From Acidobacteriota bacterium (GTDB taxonomy: Bacteria; Acidobacteriota; Thermoanaerobaculia; Gp7-AA8), in NCBI GenBank assembly GCA_039931435.1, contig JBDTRY010000002.1:1-63788 (forward strand): a stretch of DNA of 63,788 nt, in the 5' to 3' direction. How positions within the stretch are numbered: the first letter of the stretch is position 1; every line of letters begins with the position of its first letter. The notes under the pieces were generated by a model. That model had not been told where the DNA came from. It did no database searches and saw only the letters and a program-made list of their open reading frames with translations. Both the position numbers and the translations under genes were made by a program. Positions 9,505 to 17,983 of this stretch are shown one piece after another.

Positions 9505-12500
9505 ATGAAGAGGATGAAGATCGGCTCCGCTGTCCACAATAGCAAGAAGGATCCTGAGGGGTGCCGCACAGCAATCGCCGGTTTCAGTCCATCTCCCACC
9601 CGAAACCGGGTCGGTGAATTCGTAGGGGCGGAGGATAACCGGTCTGGTGCAGTTCTGGAGCGGCGATCTGGCTGCGCCCCCTCGCGCCGCAGGTGGGGGA
9701 GATCCGGGGGTTCGCGCGCCTGGTGCGTTGCGGCTGTTCTGCTTTGTGGCTCGGCGTCGATCGCACACGCGGCGATCCCGGCTTCCGAACGGCAAGCACT
9801 GATCGATCTCTACAACGCAACCAATGGTCCCGGATGGACGAACCGGACCAACTGGCTCGGCACTCCCGGGACTGAATGCACGTGGTTTGGCGTGACATGT
9901 GACACCGGGCAGACAACGGTAGTCCAAATCCGGCTGCTTTCCAATCAACTGAAAGGGAGCATCCCCGGATCACTCGTGAATCTTTCGAATCTCCAAACCC
10001 TCTTGCTGGGGGGCGACCTGGTAACAGACGGGAATCAACTGGGCGGGACCATCCCGGCATCACTCGGGAATCTTCCGAATCTCGCATGGCTCGACTTGAG
10101 GCACAATCAACTGAGCGGGAGTATCCCCGACTCACTGGGGAGTTCGAATCTTCAACTGCTCTTTCTGTCCCACAATAAACTGATCGGGAGCATCCCCGAA
10201 TCACTCAAGAATCTTTCGAATCTCCGAGTCCTCGAGCTGGCCTCCAACCAACTGATCGGGACCATCCCGTCATCACTCGGGAATCTCTCGAAGCTCGAAG
10301 AACTCCAGCTGGGCGACAACCAACTAACCGGGACCATCCCGGCATCACTCGGGGGTCTTTCGAATCTCACATTTCTCACGCTGTTCTCCAACCAACTGAT
10401 CGGAAGCATTCCCGACTCACTCGGGAATCTCTCGAAGCTCCAATTCCTCGCGCTGTTCTCCAACCAACTGAGCGGGACCATCCCCGACTCACTTGGGAAT
10501 CTTTCGAAGCTCCTACTCCTCGCGCTGAACTCCAATCAACTGAGCGGGAGTATCCCCGACTCATTCGGGAAACTTTCGAGTCTCCAGTTCCTCCTCCTGG
10601 GACGCTCGATCCCGGCCGCCCTCAACGCGGTAGGTGCAATCAATCCGAACAGCAACCTGCTGAGCGGCTCGATCCCGCCCTCCCTCGGCAATCTAACCAA
10701 TCTGCAATATCTGTATCTCGACGGCAACCGGCTGAGCGGCTCGATCCCGGCCTCCCTGGGCGGTCTGGCCAGTTTGAAAGAGCTGAGACTGGACAGTAAT
10801 GCCCTCATCAGCGATTTGCCTGCTTCTCTGGCCAGCCTGTCCGCAGTTACAACCCTCAACCTCTCTTACAACGGGTTGTTCGCAACCAATTCCGCCGCGA
10901 AGGCCTGGGCCGATGCGCGGCAGGCGGGGTGGAATACCACGCAGACCGTCGCCCCACGCGATCTCGGCATCACCTCGACCGCGCCCTCTTCGGCGACCCT
11001 CGCCTGGACGCCGATCGCCTATACAAGCGACGCGGGCTTCTACCGCGTTCTTTATTCGACGACCGCGGGAGGGCCGTATACGCCATTTGCGGCGACGACT
11101 CCGAACAAGTCTTCGAGCTCGCTGACGGTCACCGGGCTCGCGGCGAATACCAAATATTACTTCGTCGTTCAGACGACGACCTCTCCTCACGCCTTGAATG
11201 CGAACGTGGTCACAAGCGAAACCAGCACCGAAGTCTCCGCCACGACGCTCGCAGCAACGCCTGCTGTGGTCGTGAGCGCCCTTCCCGCAGGGATGCTTGG
11301 CTCACCCGGAACCGCCGGCTCAACCGATCAGGTGAGCTTTACGAATGTCGGCAGTTCGTCCGCAACCATCACCCTCACCCAGAGCGGTAATTTCTTTTCA
11401 ATCGCACCTTCGACCCTCAGCATTGCTGCGGGCGAAACGCGGACGGTCACGATCACGGCCACGCCGCAGCCGGCCGGCAACTACGAAGGAACCATCACCG
11501 CCTCAGGGTCAGGCATCCAGGACACTCTCGTTGTTTCGGTCCGCCTTCTTGTCGCGAATCCGCCGCAGGGTTCTGTCGTTCCGCTGCCTCAGACCTACCG
11601 CGTCGATGTCACGGAACCTGCGGGCTCCGTTCAGATCACGAACTCGGGTTCGGCCACGCTCCAGGGCATTCTCCTCTCGGACGTTCCCTGGCTCATCCCG
11701 CAGGCGGGCGTGATCACGATCCCTTCAGGACAGACAGTGACCGTCACCTTCTCGATCGACCGGAGTAAACGTCCGGATGCAGAAAGCCTGCTGGGTGCCG
11801 TTACCGGAAACTTGACGCTTATGTATCTCGAGCAGTCAACGAGCGGTGCAACTGCCGGGATGATCCAGGCTTTGGGCAACACATCCGCAACAGCGTCGAT
11901 CAAGGTGGTGGTGGTGGACCTCGTCACTCCATCGACATCGATGAGCGCAATCCCACCACTCGCCAGCGGCGAGATCGCACTCTTTCTTCCCGGTCTCGGA
12001 AAGAAGGCCACTCTGGTAAGCGATGTCACCATGCTGAATTCGACAGCGAGCCCTATCGCTGGCCTGAAGTTGTTCTTCGCTGCGAGCGGAGTTCCGACCA
12101 CGAGCGTGCAACAGGCGCTCATCGGCTCGCTCGGTCCACTGGCAAAGGCGCTCTTCTCGGATCTCCTCAAAGGGGTATTCAACCGCCCCGACGGACAGGT
12201 CGGAGGAGTGCAAGTGAGAGGAGCGAATGCGGCGCAAGTCAACCTCGCCGCGCTCTTGACAAATCCAATCAATCCGGCAGGTCTGTTCAGCGGGAGCGTC
12301 GCCTCGCAGCGATCGGATCGCGGGGTCGGAGCGAACGGAAAAACGGTACTCACAGGAATCAGGAAAGATCTCGGAGCACACACCGATCTCTACGTGCAGG
12401 AAGTCGCGGGACAGGCCGGTTCCGTAAGGACCGACTTTCTGGGTGAAGACGGGACGGTAAGGAAGACCCGGACCGACACGATCGGAGCATTCGCGATCCT

Positions 12501-13452
12501 CGAGTTCGCAGACGAAGCTCCCTCAGGGGCGGTGAGCGCGAGCGTGACGAACCTCGGGCCTGGCTCCAGGATCGTGGCGCAGGCGCTGGTTTTCGACGAG
12601 GCGACAGGCGATCCGACGAACCTGGTCGACTGGAACCAGCGGAACGGCACAGCAGACAGCGAATTGCAGATCATCCCGCTGGCTGCGTCGGGAGTTACGG
12701 CTGGAAAGAGAACGCGCACCGACGTCTGGATCACGAACCGCGGAACGACGACGGCGACAGGGACGCTGGCTTTTCACAGGAGTACAACCCGTAGTCGACC
12801 AGTGAGGAGAAGCTCCACCGAGCCGGTTGAAGCTCCCAAAACCATCACGGTGGACGCGGGGAAAACGCGCATCCTGCGTGACGTGATCGCCAGCGAGTTT
12901 CTGAGCAGCATGGCGAGCGGGTATCTCCTCTACACGCCTGCAAGTGGGACCGTTGCCATTACGAGCGGAACATTCAAAGACGCCGCCGACGCACAGCCCG
13001 GAGCAAGCGGAGGCTCGGGAACGGGCGTGCCGGTGATGGCGGCGTCTACAGGATTGAAAGTGGGCGAGAGGCGCCAGTTCGGCAGTCTGGAAGACGCGTC
13101 GACGAGAACGATTGCTAAGGCTGAGCCGGCAACCTACCGGACAGGGTTCGGTCTCGTTGAGAGCAGCGGCAAGAGCGTGATCGTGAAGGTAACGTTGCGG
13201 TACTTCGTGCTGGTGCCAAGGAGCGCGGTGAGCGCCCAGATTACGGCGAGCAAGGAGTATGCGCTCGCGCCACGCGGGTCGATCTTCGTCGATCGGATGA
13301 GCCCGGCGATCTTTGGTCCGGATCGTGAGCAAATCGGCGACATGCACGATCTTATTCTCGAGATCGCCGTGACGGGCGGCGAGGGGCAAGCGATTCCCTT
13401 TACCCTGGCCACGGAGAACGGCAGCGGCGACACGATCCTGAGAATCGAGTGA
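9505..13452 (+). CDS. Large surface/secreted protein: plant-type LRR domain + FN3 + ~730-aa shared C-terminal module
   Basis: GGAGGG lies 4 nt before ATG 9505. Hydrophobic segment AWCVAAVLLCGSASIAHA. LRRNT-like cap ERQALIDLYNATNGPGWTNRTNWLG..CTWFGVTCD. About 13 LRRs of 24 aa (NQLSGSIPDSLGNLSKL). FN3-like APRDLGITSTAPSSATLAWTP...KYYFVVQT. The C-terminal 731 aa are paralogous to 4241-7216. Confidence 0.88.
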   Translation: MKRMKIGSAVHNSKKDPEGCRTAIAGFSPSPTRNRVGEFVGAEDNRSGAVLERRSGCAPSRRRWGRSGGSRAWCVAAVLLCGSASIAHAAIPASERQALIDLYNATNGPGWTNRTNWLGTPGTECTWFGVTCDTGQTTVVQIRLLSNQLKGSIPGSLVNLSNLQTLLLGGDLVTDGNQLGGTIPASLGNLPNLAWLDLRHNQLSGSIPDSLGSSNLQLLFLSHNKLIGSIPESLKNLSNLRVLELASNQLIGTIPSSLGNLSKLEELQLGDNQLTGTIPASLGGLSNLTFLTLFSNQLIGSIPDSLGNLSKLQFLALFSNQLSGTIPDSLGNLSKLLLLALNSNQLSGSIPDSFGKLSSLQFLLLGRSIPAALNAVGAINPNSNLLSGSIPPSLGNLTNLQYLYLDGNRLSGSIPASLGGLASLKELRLDSNALISDLPASLASLSAVTTLNLSYNGLFATNSAAKAWADARQAGWNTTQTVAPRDLGITSTAPSSATLAWTPIAYTSDAGFYRVLYSTTAGGPYTPFAATTPNKSSSSLTVTGLAANTKYYFVVQTTTSPHALNANVVTSETSTEVSATTLAATPAVVVSALPAGMLGSPGTAGSTDQVSFTNVGSSSATITLTQSGNFFSIAPSTLSIAAGETRTVTITATPQPAGNYEGTITASGSGIQDTLVVSVRLLVANPPQGSVVPLPQTYRVDVTEPAGSVQITNSGSATLQGILLSDVPWLIPQAGVITIPSGQTVTVTFSIDRSKRPDAESLLGAVTGNLTLMYLEQSTSGATAGMIQALGNTSATASIKVVVVDLVTPSTSMSAIPPLASGEIALFLPGLGKKATLVSDVTMLNSTASPIAGLKLFFAASGVPTTSVQQALIGSLGPLAKALFSDLLKGVFNRPDGQVGGVQVRGANAAQVNLAALLTNPINPAGLFSGSVASQRSDRGVGANGKTVLTGIRKDLGAHTDLYVQEVAGQAGSVRTDFLGEDGTVRKTRTDTIGAFAILEFADEAPSGAVSASVTNLGPGSRIVAQALVFDEATGDPTNLVDWNQRNGTADSELQIIPLAASGVTAGKRTRTDVWITNRGTTTATGTLAFHRSTTRSRPVRRSSTEPVEAPKTITVDAGKTRILRDVIASEFLSSMASGYLLYTPASGTVAITSGTFKDAADAQPGASGGSGTGVPVMAASTGLKVGERRQFGSLEDASTRTIAKAEPATYRTGFGLVESSGKSVIVKVTLRYFVLVPRSAVSAQITASKEYALAPRGSIFVDRMSPAIFGPDREQIGDMHDLILEIAVTGGEGQAIPFTLATENGSGDTILRIE
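9919..10889 (+). repeat. Tandem 72-bp coding repeats (LRR units) with high unit-to-unit DNA identity
   Basis: Units starting near 10243, 10387 and 10459 differ at only a few positions (tccaaccaactgatcggg.../tccaaccaactgagcggg...cactcgggaatctctcgaagctc). A broken unit lies at ~10582-10680. Confidence 0.85.
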
Positions 13453-13470
13453 GACGCCGACGTTCGGGGC

Positions 13471-13493
13471 GGGGTGACATTCCTTCGCTCACC
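13471..13493 (+). repeat. Short repeat GGGGTGACATTCCTTCGCTCACC (second copy of the 9258-9280 element)
   Basis: Direct sequence match to 9258-9280, in the same position relative to an upstream stop codon. Confidence 0.6.
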
Positions 13494-13872
13494 GGCAGGG
13501 GTCAAAACCAGAAAGTCATGAGAGAGACCGGCTCGTGGGGCTGCACGGATGCGGCCCGTATTCTCAGGGATTGGTGCGCCCAGTCTGCGATGCGACGCGT
13601 GGACTGGGAGGGTCCGGTCGCCTGTACGGGAAGGCCGCCACTCCGGCTACCCTCTGCGACCCCAGCCGGCGTCGTATCGCCGGGCTGGCGTCCGGTGATA
13701 CGTGCCTGACGCCTGCTTACGCAGGTCACGACATCGTGTTTGGACGCAGTCTCGCGTTCGCGGTCGCTGAGCCGTGAAGAAGTTATTCGTGGCATATTGC
13801 TGCCAGCCAATATAGATTGGTTTCCCATCGGATCTGAGCAACTCCCTCAGTGGACGCTGAACGCGCTGCAAT

Positions 13873-16800
13873 ATGGCAAAACGAATGAAATCCTCCCCCA
13901 GCCCTTCGAAGGTATCACCCCGCGCGAAATCAAAAAAAAGATCTCCCGCGGACGGTCCCGTTCCGAGCAGAAAAGTGGCCTCTCCTACGGAATTCAAAGC
14001 GGGCAAGATTTCCCCGGTAAACGTGGTGGGCATCGGCGGCTCGGCGGGCGGGCTGGACGCATTCCGGGCATTGCTGGGACATCTGCCAGTCGATTCGGGG
14101 ATGGCCTTTGCCATCGTTCAGCATCTCGCTCGCGGCCAGAAAAGCCTGCTACCCGACATTCTTTCTCGCAGCACCCCCATGCCAGTCGTGGAGCTCACGG
14201 AGTCGACGCCGGTCGTAGCCAATCGCGTCTACGTGATGTCCTCCAGCAGCGATCTGGAGTATGTGCGCGGAGCGATGGTCACACGCAAAAGGGATTCCGA
14301 AAGGCCGCACCTGCCCATCGATCGCCTGTTCGCGTCGCTCGCGCATAGCTTCGGCAGCTCGTCCATCGGCGTCATTCTTTCCGGAAGTGATGGCGACGGT
14401 ACGGCCGGCGCGATGCACATCAGAGAAGCAGGCGGCGTGACCTTCGCGCAGGACGCCTCGGCGCAATTCGGCGAAATGCCGCAGTCGGCAATCGAGAAAG
14501 GCCTGGTGGACTTCGTCCTCTCGCCGGCCGAGATAGCCCGGAAGCTCACCGAACTGGCAGCGCCGGGGATTGTGGGTACCAAAGGCACTGCTAAATTGCC
14601 AGTGGCCGAGCTGAGTCGGATCATCGCCCTGCTGCGTTCCGCCGAAGGGGTCGACTTCCTTCACTATAAGAGTCCGACGATCGAACGGCGCATTCAGCGG
14701 CGGATGATGCTCGGCGGCTTCGAAGATCTCGCCGCATACCGGCGCCGGCTGGAAGAGGACGTATCGGAACGGCAGGCACTGTACCGGGACATTCTCATCG
14801 GCGTGACGAGCTTCTTTCGCGACCCGGAAACGTCGGCCACGTTGAAAAAACGGGTCTTCCCGGCACTGATCGACAAGGCAGGGCGGGAGCCGGTCCGATT
14901 CTGGGTTCCGGCCTGCTCGACTGGCGAGGAGGCGTACTCGCTGGCAATCCTGGTCCTGGAGTATCTCCAGGAGATGAACTTGACCCGGCGTGTCCAGATA
15001 TTCGGAAGTGACATCAATGGGGAGTCAGTGGCGTTCGCGCGGGCGGCCACATACGCGAAGACAATCGAGGGCTCGGTATCGGCGGAGCGTCTGAAACGAT
15101 TTTTCGATCCGTCTCTGGGTGGTGGCTATTCGATCAACAAGAGCGTTCGCGAGTTGTGCGTATTTGCCCAGCACAATCTGCTCAAGGATCCGCCGTTCTC
15201 ACGGCTGGACTTCATTTCCTGCAGCAACCTTCTCATTTATTTCCAGCCCGCGGAGCAGGCACGGGTGGCCCAGAGGTTCCGCTACGCGCTCAATGGCAAC
15301 GGGCTGCTCATGCTCGGCCCTTCGGAGAGTCTCCAGGCGAACTCGGATGGGTTCATCGTCGTCGACAAGAAGCGCAAGCTCTATCGGGTGGCGCCGGGAT
15401 CACGGCCACGGTTTGATCTTTCCTTCGGTGCAGCTTCAGCTAGCGGCGGCGCCGGCAAGCCAGGAGCATGGTCCGATCCCAGCATGAAAGAAGATCCGGG
15501 GCGCATCGCCGACCGGCTTCTCATCGAGCGATATGCCCATCCGGGTCTGGTGGTGAACGACACTGGCGATGTCATCGAGTTCCGCGGAGACATGCAGCCG
15601 TTCCTGGCCCCGGCAGCGGGAGCTGCCAGCTTCAAACTGTCGAAGCTCCTTCATCAGGATCTGCTTGTCGACGTGCGTACGGCGCTGTTCAAGGCCCGGC
15701 ACGGTAGTGCGTCCATTCGTCGCGAACAGATCGAGCTGACCCGCGGAAAAGAGAAGGATCTGGTCAATCTCGAGGTTCTCACCTCGACCTCGGCGCAAGG
15801 CCGCGTCTATGTGATCACCTTCGAGTTGCTGGGACCTTCAGCAGGGCCCGCCCAGGATGGAAAACGACATTCGTCCGGGAAGGAGACCGAGTCCGTCCGG
15901 TTGGCCAGGGAGCTTGCCTCCGTGCGCCATTACCTGACCCACCTCACAAACGAGCACGAGCAGTCGGACTCGATCATTTACGCCACCAATGAGGAACTGC
16001 AGTCCGCCAACGAAGAGCTGCAGAGCACGATCGAGGAACTCGAGACCGCGACGGAGGAACTGCAGTCGACGAATGAGGAGCTCGCTACCGTCAACGACGA
16101 ACTCCGCGTCCGCAACCTCGATCTGGCCGTCCTCGGCGACGATCTCGGGAATCTGCTGGCCTCCATCGACACGCCGGTGATCATGGTCGACAGCAAGCTC
16201 GTCCTCCGGCTGTTCAACCCGACCGCCGAGCGGCTCTTCAGTTTCCGCCAGAGTGACATCGGACGACCCATCGAAGCGTTCAACCCGCTCATGGAGCTTC
16301 CCGACCTGCCTGGCCTTCTGCGCAGGGTGATCGAGGCTCGTACTACAGTGGACAGCGATGTCCGCTCTCGTGCTGGTCACTGGTACTCACTGCGAGTGCG
16401 TCCGTACCGCAGCAGTCGCAACCAGATCGAGGGAGCCGTGATCACTTTGATCGACACCCACGATCTCCGTTCGGCGTTGACCAGCGCGGAGGCGTCCCGC
16501 GACGCGGCCGAGGGTGATCGCTCCACCGCCGAACATGCCAGGCACGACGCGCTGGAAGCAAACCGGCTGAAGGATGACTTCCTCTCCACGCTCTCGCATG
16601 AGCTTCGCACTCCGATGACGTCCATTCTTGGATGGGCGCAGATCATGAGGATGACCCAACTCGACGCCGAGACGATGGATACTGCCATCAGCACGATCGA
16701 GCGTGGCACACAGGCGCAGATCCGTTTGATCGACGACCTGCTCGACATTTCAAGAATCACTACCGGACGGCTCCGTCTGGACCGAAGGCCGTTCTTCCTC

Positions 16801-17688
16801 CGTGCTCTGGTGGACGAGACCATGGACGTGGTCCGTCCGGCGATTACGGCAAAAGAAATCAAATCGCGGACCAATCTCGACGGGGGACCGGACGTGGTGT
16901 ACGGAGACCCGGACCGCCTGCGGCAGGTGATCTGGAACCTGCTCAGCAATGCGGTGAAGTTCACTCCCGCAGGCGGATCCATCGCCGTGACCATCTCGCA
17001 GTCGGACGGGGCGGCCATCATCAGGATAAGCGATACTGGTGAAGGGATTCCCTCTGAGTTTCTTCCACGGGTCTTCGAACGGTTTGCCCAGGGCGAGAGC
17101 GGCTCGAGGCGAGCAAAACCTGGTCTGGGGCTGGGTCTGGCCATCTCGAAATACATCGTCGATCTGCACGGCGGTACGATCGCGGCGGAGAGCGGGGGCC
17201 CCGGACAAGGATCCACTTTCACCGTGACGCTTCCTCTGGTGCCAGCAACCGGCTCCGAGAGTGTTGCCGAACGACTGTCGCCCGCAGTTCCTGGAGAGTT
17301 GCCGGTGCTGGTGGAAACCTCTGTGCTCATCGTCGACGACGACGCGGACTCGGTCAGGCTCATGGTGGTTGCGCTCGAGAAATGCGGCGCCACGGTGATT
17401 CAGGCCTCGTCGGTAAAAACTGCGATGAGGGCGTTGAAGAAATCGAGCCCGGACGTGATCATCACGGACATCGCCATGCCTTCCGAGGACGGAATCGATC
17501 TCCTTCGCCGGGTGCGCGCATTGCCGGAACCGAAGAGCCGGGTCCCGATGCTGGCCGTAACGGCATTCACATCGGAAAGCGACCGGCTACGGATTCTCGC
17601 TGCAGGTTTTACCGGCTACATGGTCAAGCCGGCCGGCCCGCTGGAGCTCATGCACGCAGTCGCGGCCGCGACTGCGTCGCCCGAGTAA
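13873..17688 (+). CDS. CheB methylesterase - CheR methyltransferase - PAS - histidine kinase - receiver fusion protein
   Basis: CheB-like VVGIGGSAGGLDAF..MAFAIVQHL. CheR-like FFRDPE..RFWVPACSTGEEAYSLAILVLE. EELQS coiled coil (NEELQSANEELQSTIEELETATEELQSTNEEL). HisKA FLSTLSHELRTP. HATPase GTGLGLAISKYIVDLHGG-like. REC VLIVDDDADS...DIAMPSEDG. Confidence 0.9.
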   Translation: MAKRMKSSPSPSKVSPRAKSKKRSPADGPVPSRKVASPTEFKAGKISPVNVVGIGGSAGGLDAFRALLGHLPVDSGMAFAIVQHLARGQKSLLPDILSRSTPMPVVELTESTPVVANRVYVMSSSSDLEYVRGAMVTRKRDSERPHLPIDRLFASLAHSFGSSSIGVILSGSDGDGTAGAMHIREAGGVTFAQDASAQFGEMPQSAIEKGLVDFVLSPAEIARKLTELAAPGIVGTKGTAKLPVAELSRIIALLRSAEGVDFLHYKSPTIERRIQRRMMLGGFEDLAAYRRRLEEDVSERQALYRDILIGVTSFFRDPETSATLKKRVFPALIDKAGREPVRFWVPACSTGEEAYSLAILVLEYLQEMNLTRRVQIFGSDINGESVAFARAATYAKTIEGSVSAERLKRFFDPSLGGGYSINKSVRELCVFAQHNLLKDPPFSRLDFISCSNLLIYFQPAEQARVAQRFRYALNGNGLLMLGPSESLQANSDGFIVVDKKRKLYRVAPGSRPRFDLSFGAASASGGAGKPGAWSDPSMKEDPGRIADRLLIERYAHPGLVVNDTGDVIEFRGDMQPFLAPAAGAASFKLSKLLHQDLLVDVRTALFKARHGSASIRREQIELTRGKEKDLVNLEVLTSTSAQGRVYVITFELLGPSAGPAQDGKRHSSGKETESVRLARELASVRHYLTHLTNEHEQSDSIIYATNEELQSANEELQSTIEELETATEELQSTNEELATVNDELRVRNLDLAVLGDDLGNLLASIDTPVIMVDSKLVLRLFNPTAERLFSFRQSDIGRPIEAFNPLMELPDLPGLLRRVIEARTTVDSDVRSRAGHWYSLRVRPYRSSRNQIEGAVITLIDTHDLRSALTSAEASRDAAEGDRSTAEHARHDALEANRLKDDFLSTLSHELRTPMTSILGWAQIMRMTQLDAETMDTAISTIERGTQAQIRLIDDLLDISRITTGRLRLDRRPFFLRALVDETMDVVRPAITAKEIKSRTNLDGGPDVVYGDPDRLRQVIWNLLSNAVKFTPAGGSIAVTISQSDGAAIIRISDTGEGIPSEFLPRVFERFAQGESGSRRAKPGLGLGLAISKYIVDLHGGTIAAESGGPGQGSTFTVTLPLVPATGSESVAERLSPAVPGELPVLVETSVLIVDDDADSVRLMVVALEKCGATVIQASSVKTAMRALKKSSPDVIITDIAMPSEDGIDLLRRVRALPEPKSRVPMLAVTAFTSESDRLRILAAGFTGYMVKPAGPLELMHAVAAATASPE

Positions 17689-17735
17689 GCCGATGGGCGA
17701 GTTCCGGCGTGGCCGAAACGCACTCTATGCACCTC

Positions 17736-17776
17736 GGGATGACCGCTATGGGTTGTCGTGTCATTCCCGCGACACC
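17736..17776 (+). repeat. Dispersed intergenic repeat, module B copy
   Basis: gggatgaccgctatgggttgtcgtgtcattcccgcgacacc resembles 21222-21265. A module C-like inverted piece lies at 17881-17911 (gagatcactcgctccgcttcaggacgacacg). Confidence 0.6.
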
Positions 17777-17983
17777 GACGCCTGCGCTTCCCCACTCAGA
17801 ATGACAGATTGGGCTCGACGCTGACTATGGTGGTGATCACTCAATACTTCGCATGAACGTGCCTGCGAGTTCTCGATCACGAGATCACTCGCTCCGCTTC
17901 AGGACGACACGTCAGTAAGGGCCGTTTCAGTCACGACACCGGCGCGTGCGCCGTTTCTCGCCGGCCGCGTTACATCATGCTGC

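Noticed and set aside
9280-9948. 222-aa minus-strand ORF across the 9223-9504 intergenic region and the start of the LRR gene.
   Set aside because: It has Arg/Pro/Ser-rich composition, overlaps the LRR gene start and a repeat copy, and has no motif support.
9919-10889. Regular 72-bp periodic repeats considered as a possible CRISPR-like array.
   Set aside because: The repeats are contiguous, with no unique spacers. They are in frame inside a long ORF and encode canonical LRR units. No cas genes are present.
13453-13872. ORFs 13449-13709, 13502-13828, 13535-13777 and 13647-14114 in the gap before the CheB-CheR gene.
   Set aside because: They overlap one another, are Arg/Gly/Ser-rich and have no motifs. 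The region starts with a repeat copy. It is treated as non-coding, and a regulatory RNA cannot be excluded.
15960-16110. Repetitive GAGGAACTGCAG... DNA, considered as a non-coding tandem repeat.
   Set aside because: It encodes the EELQS heptad coiled coil characteristic of CheR-fusion sensor proteins and lies in frame within the 1271-aa ORF.
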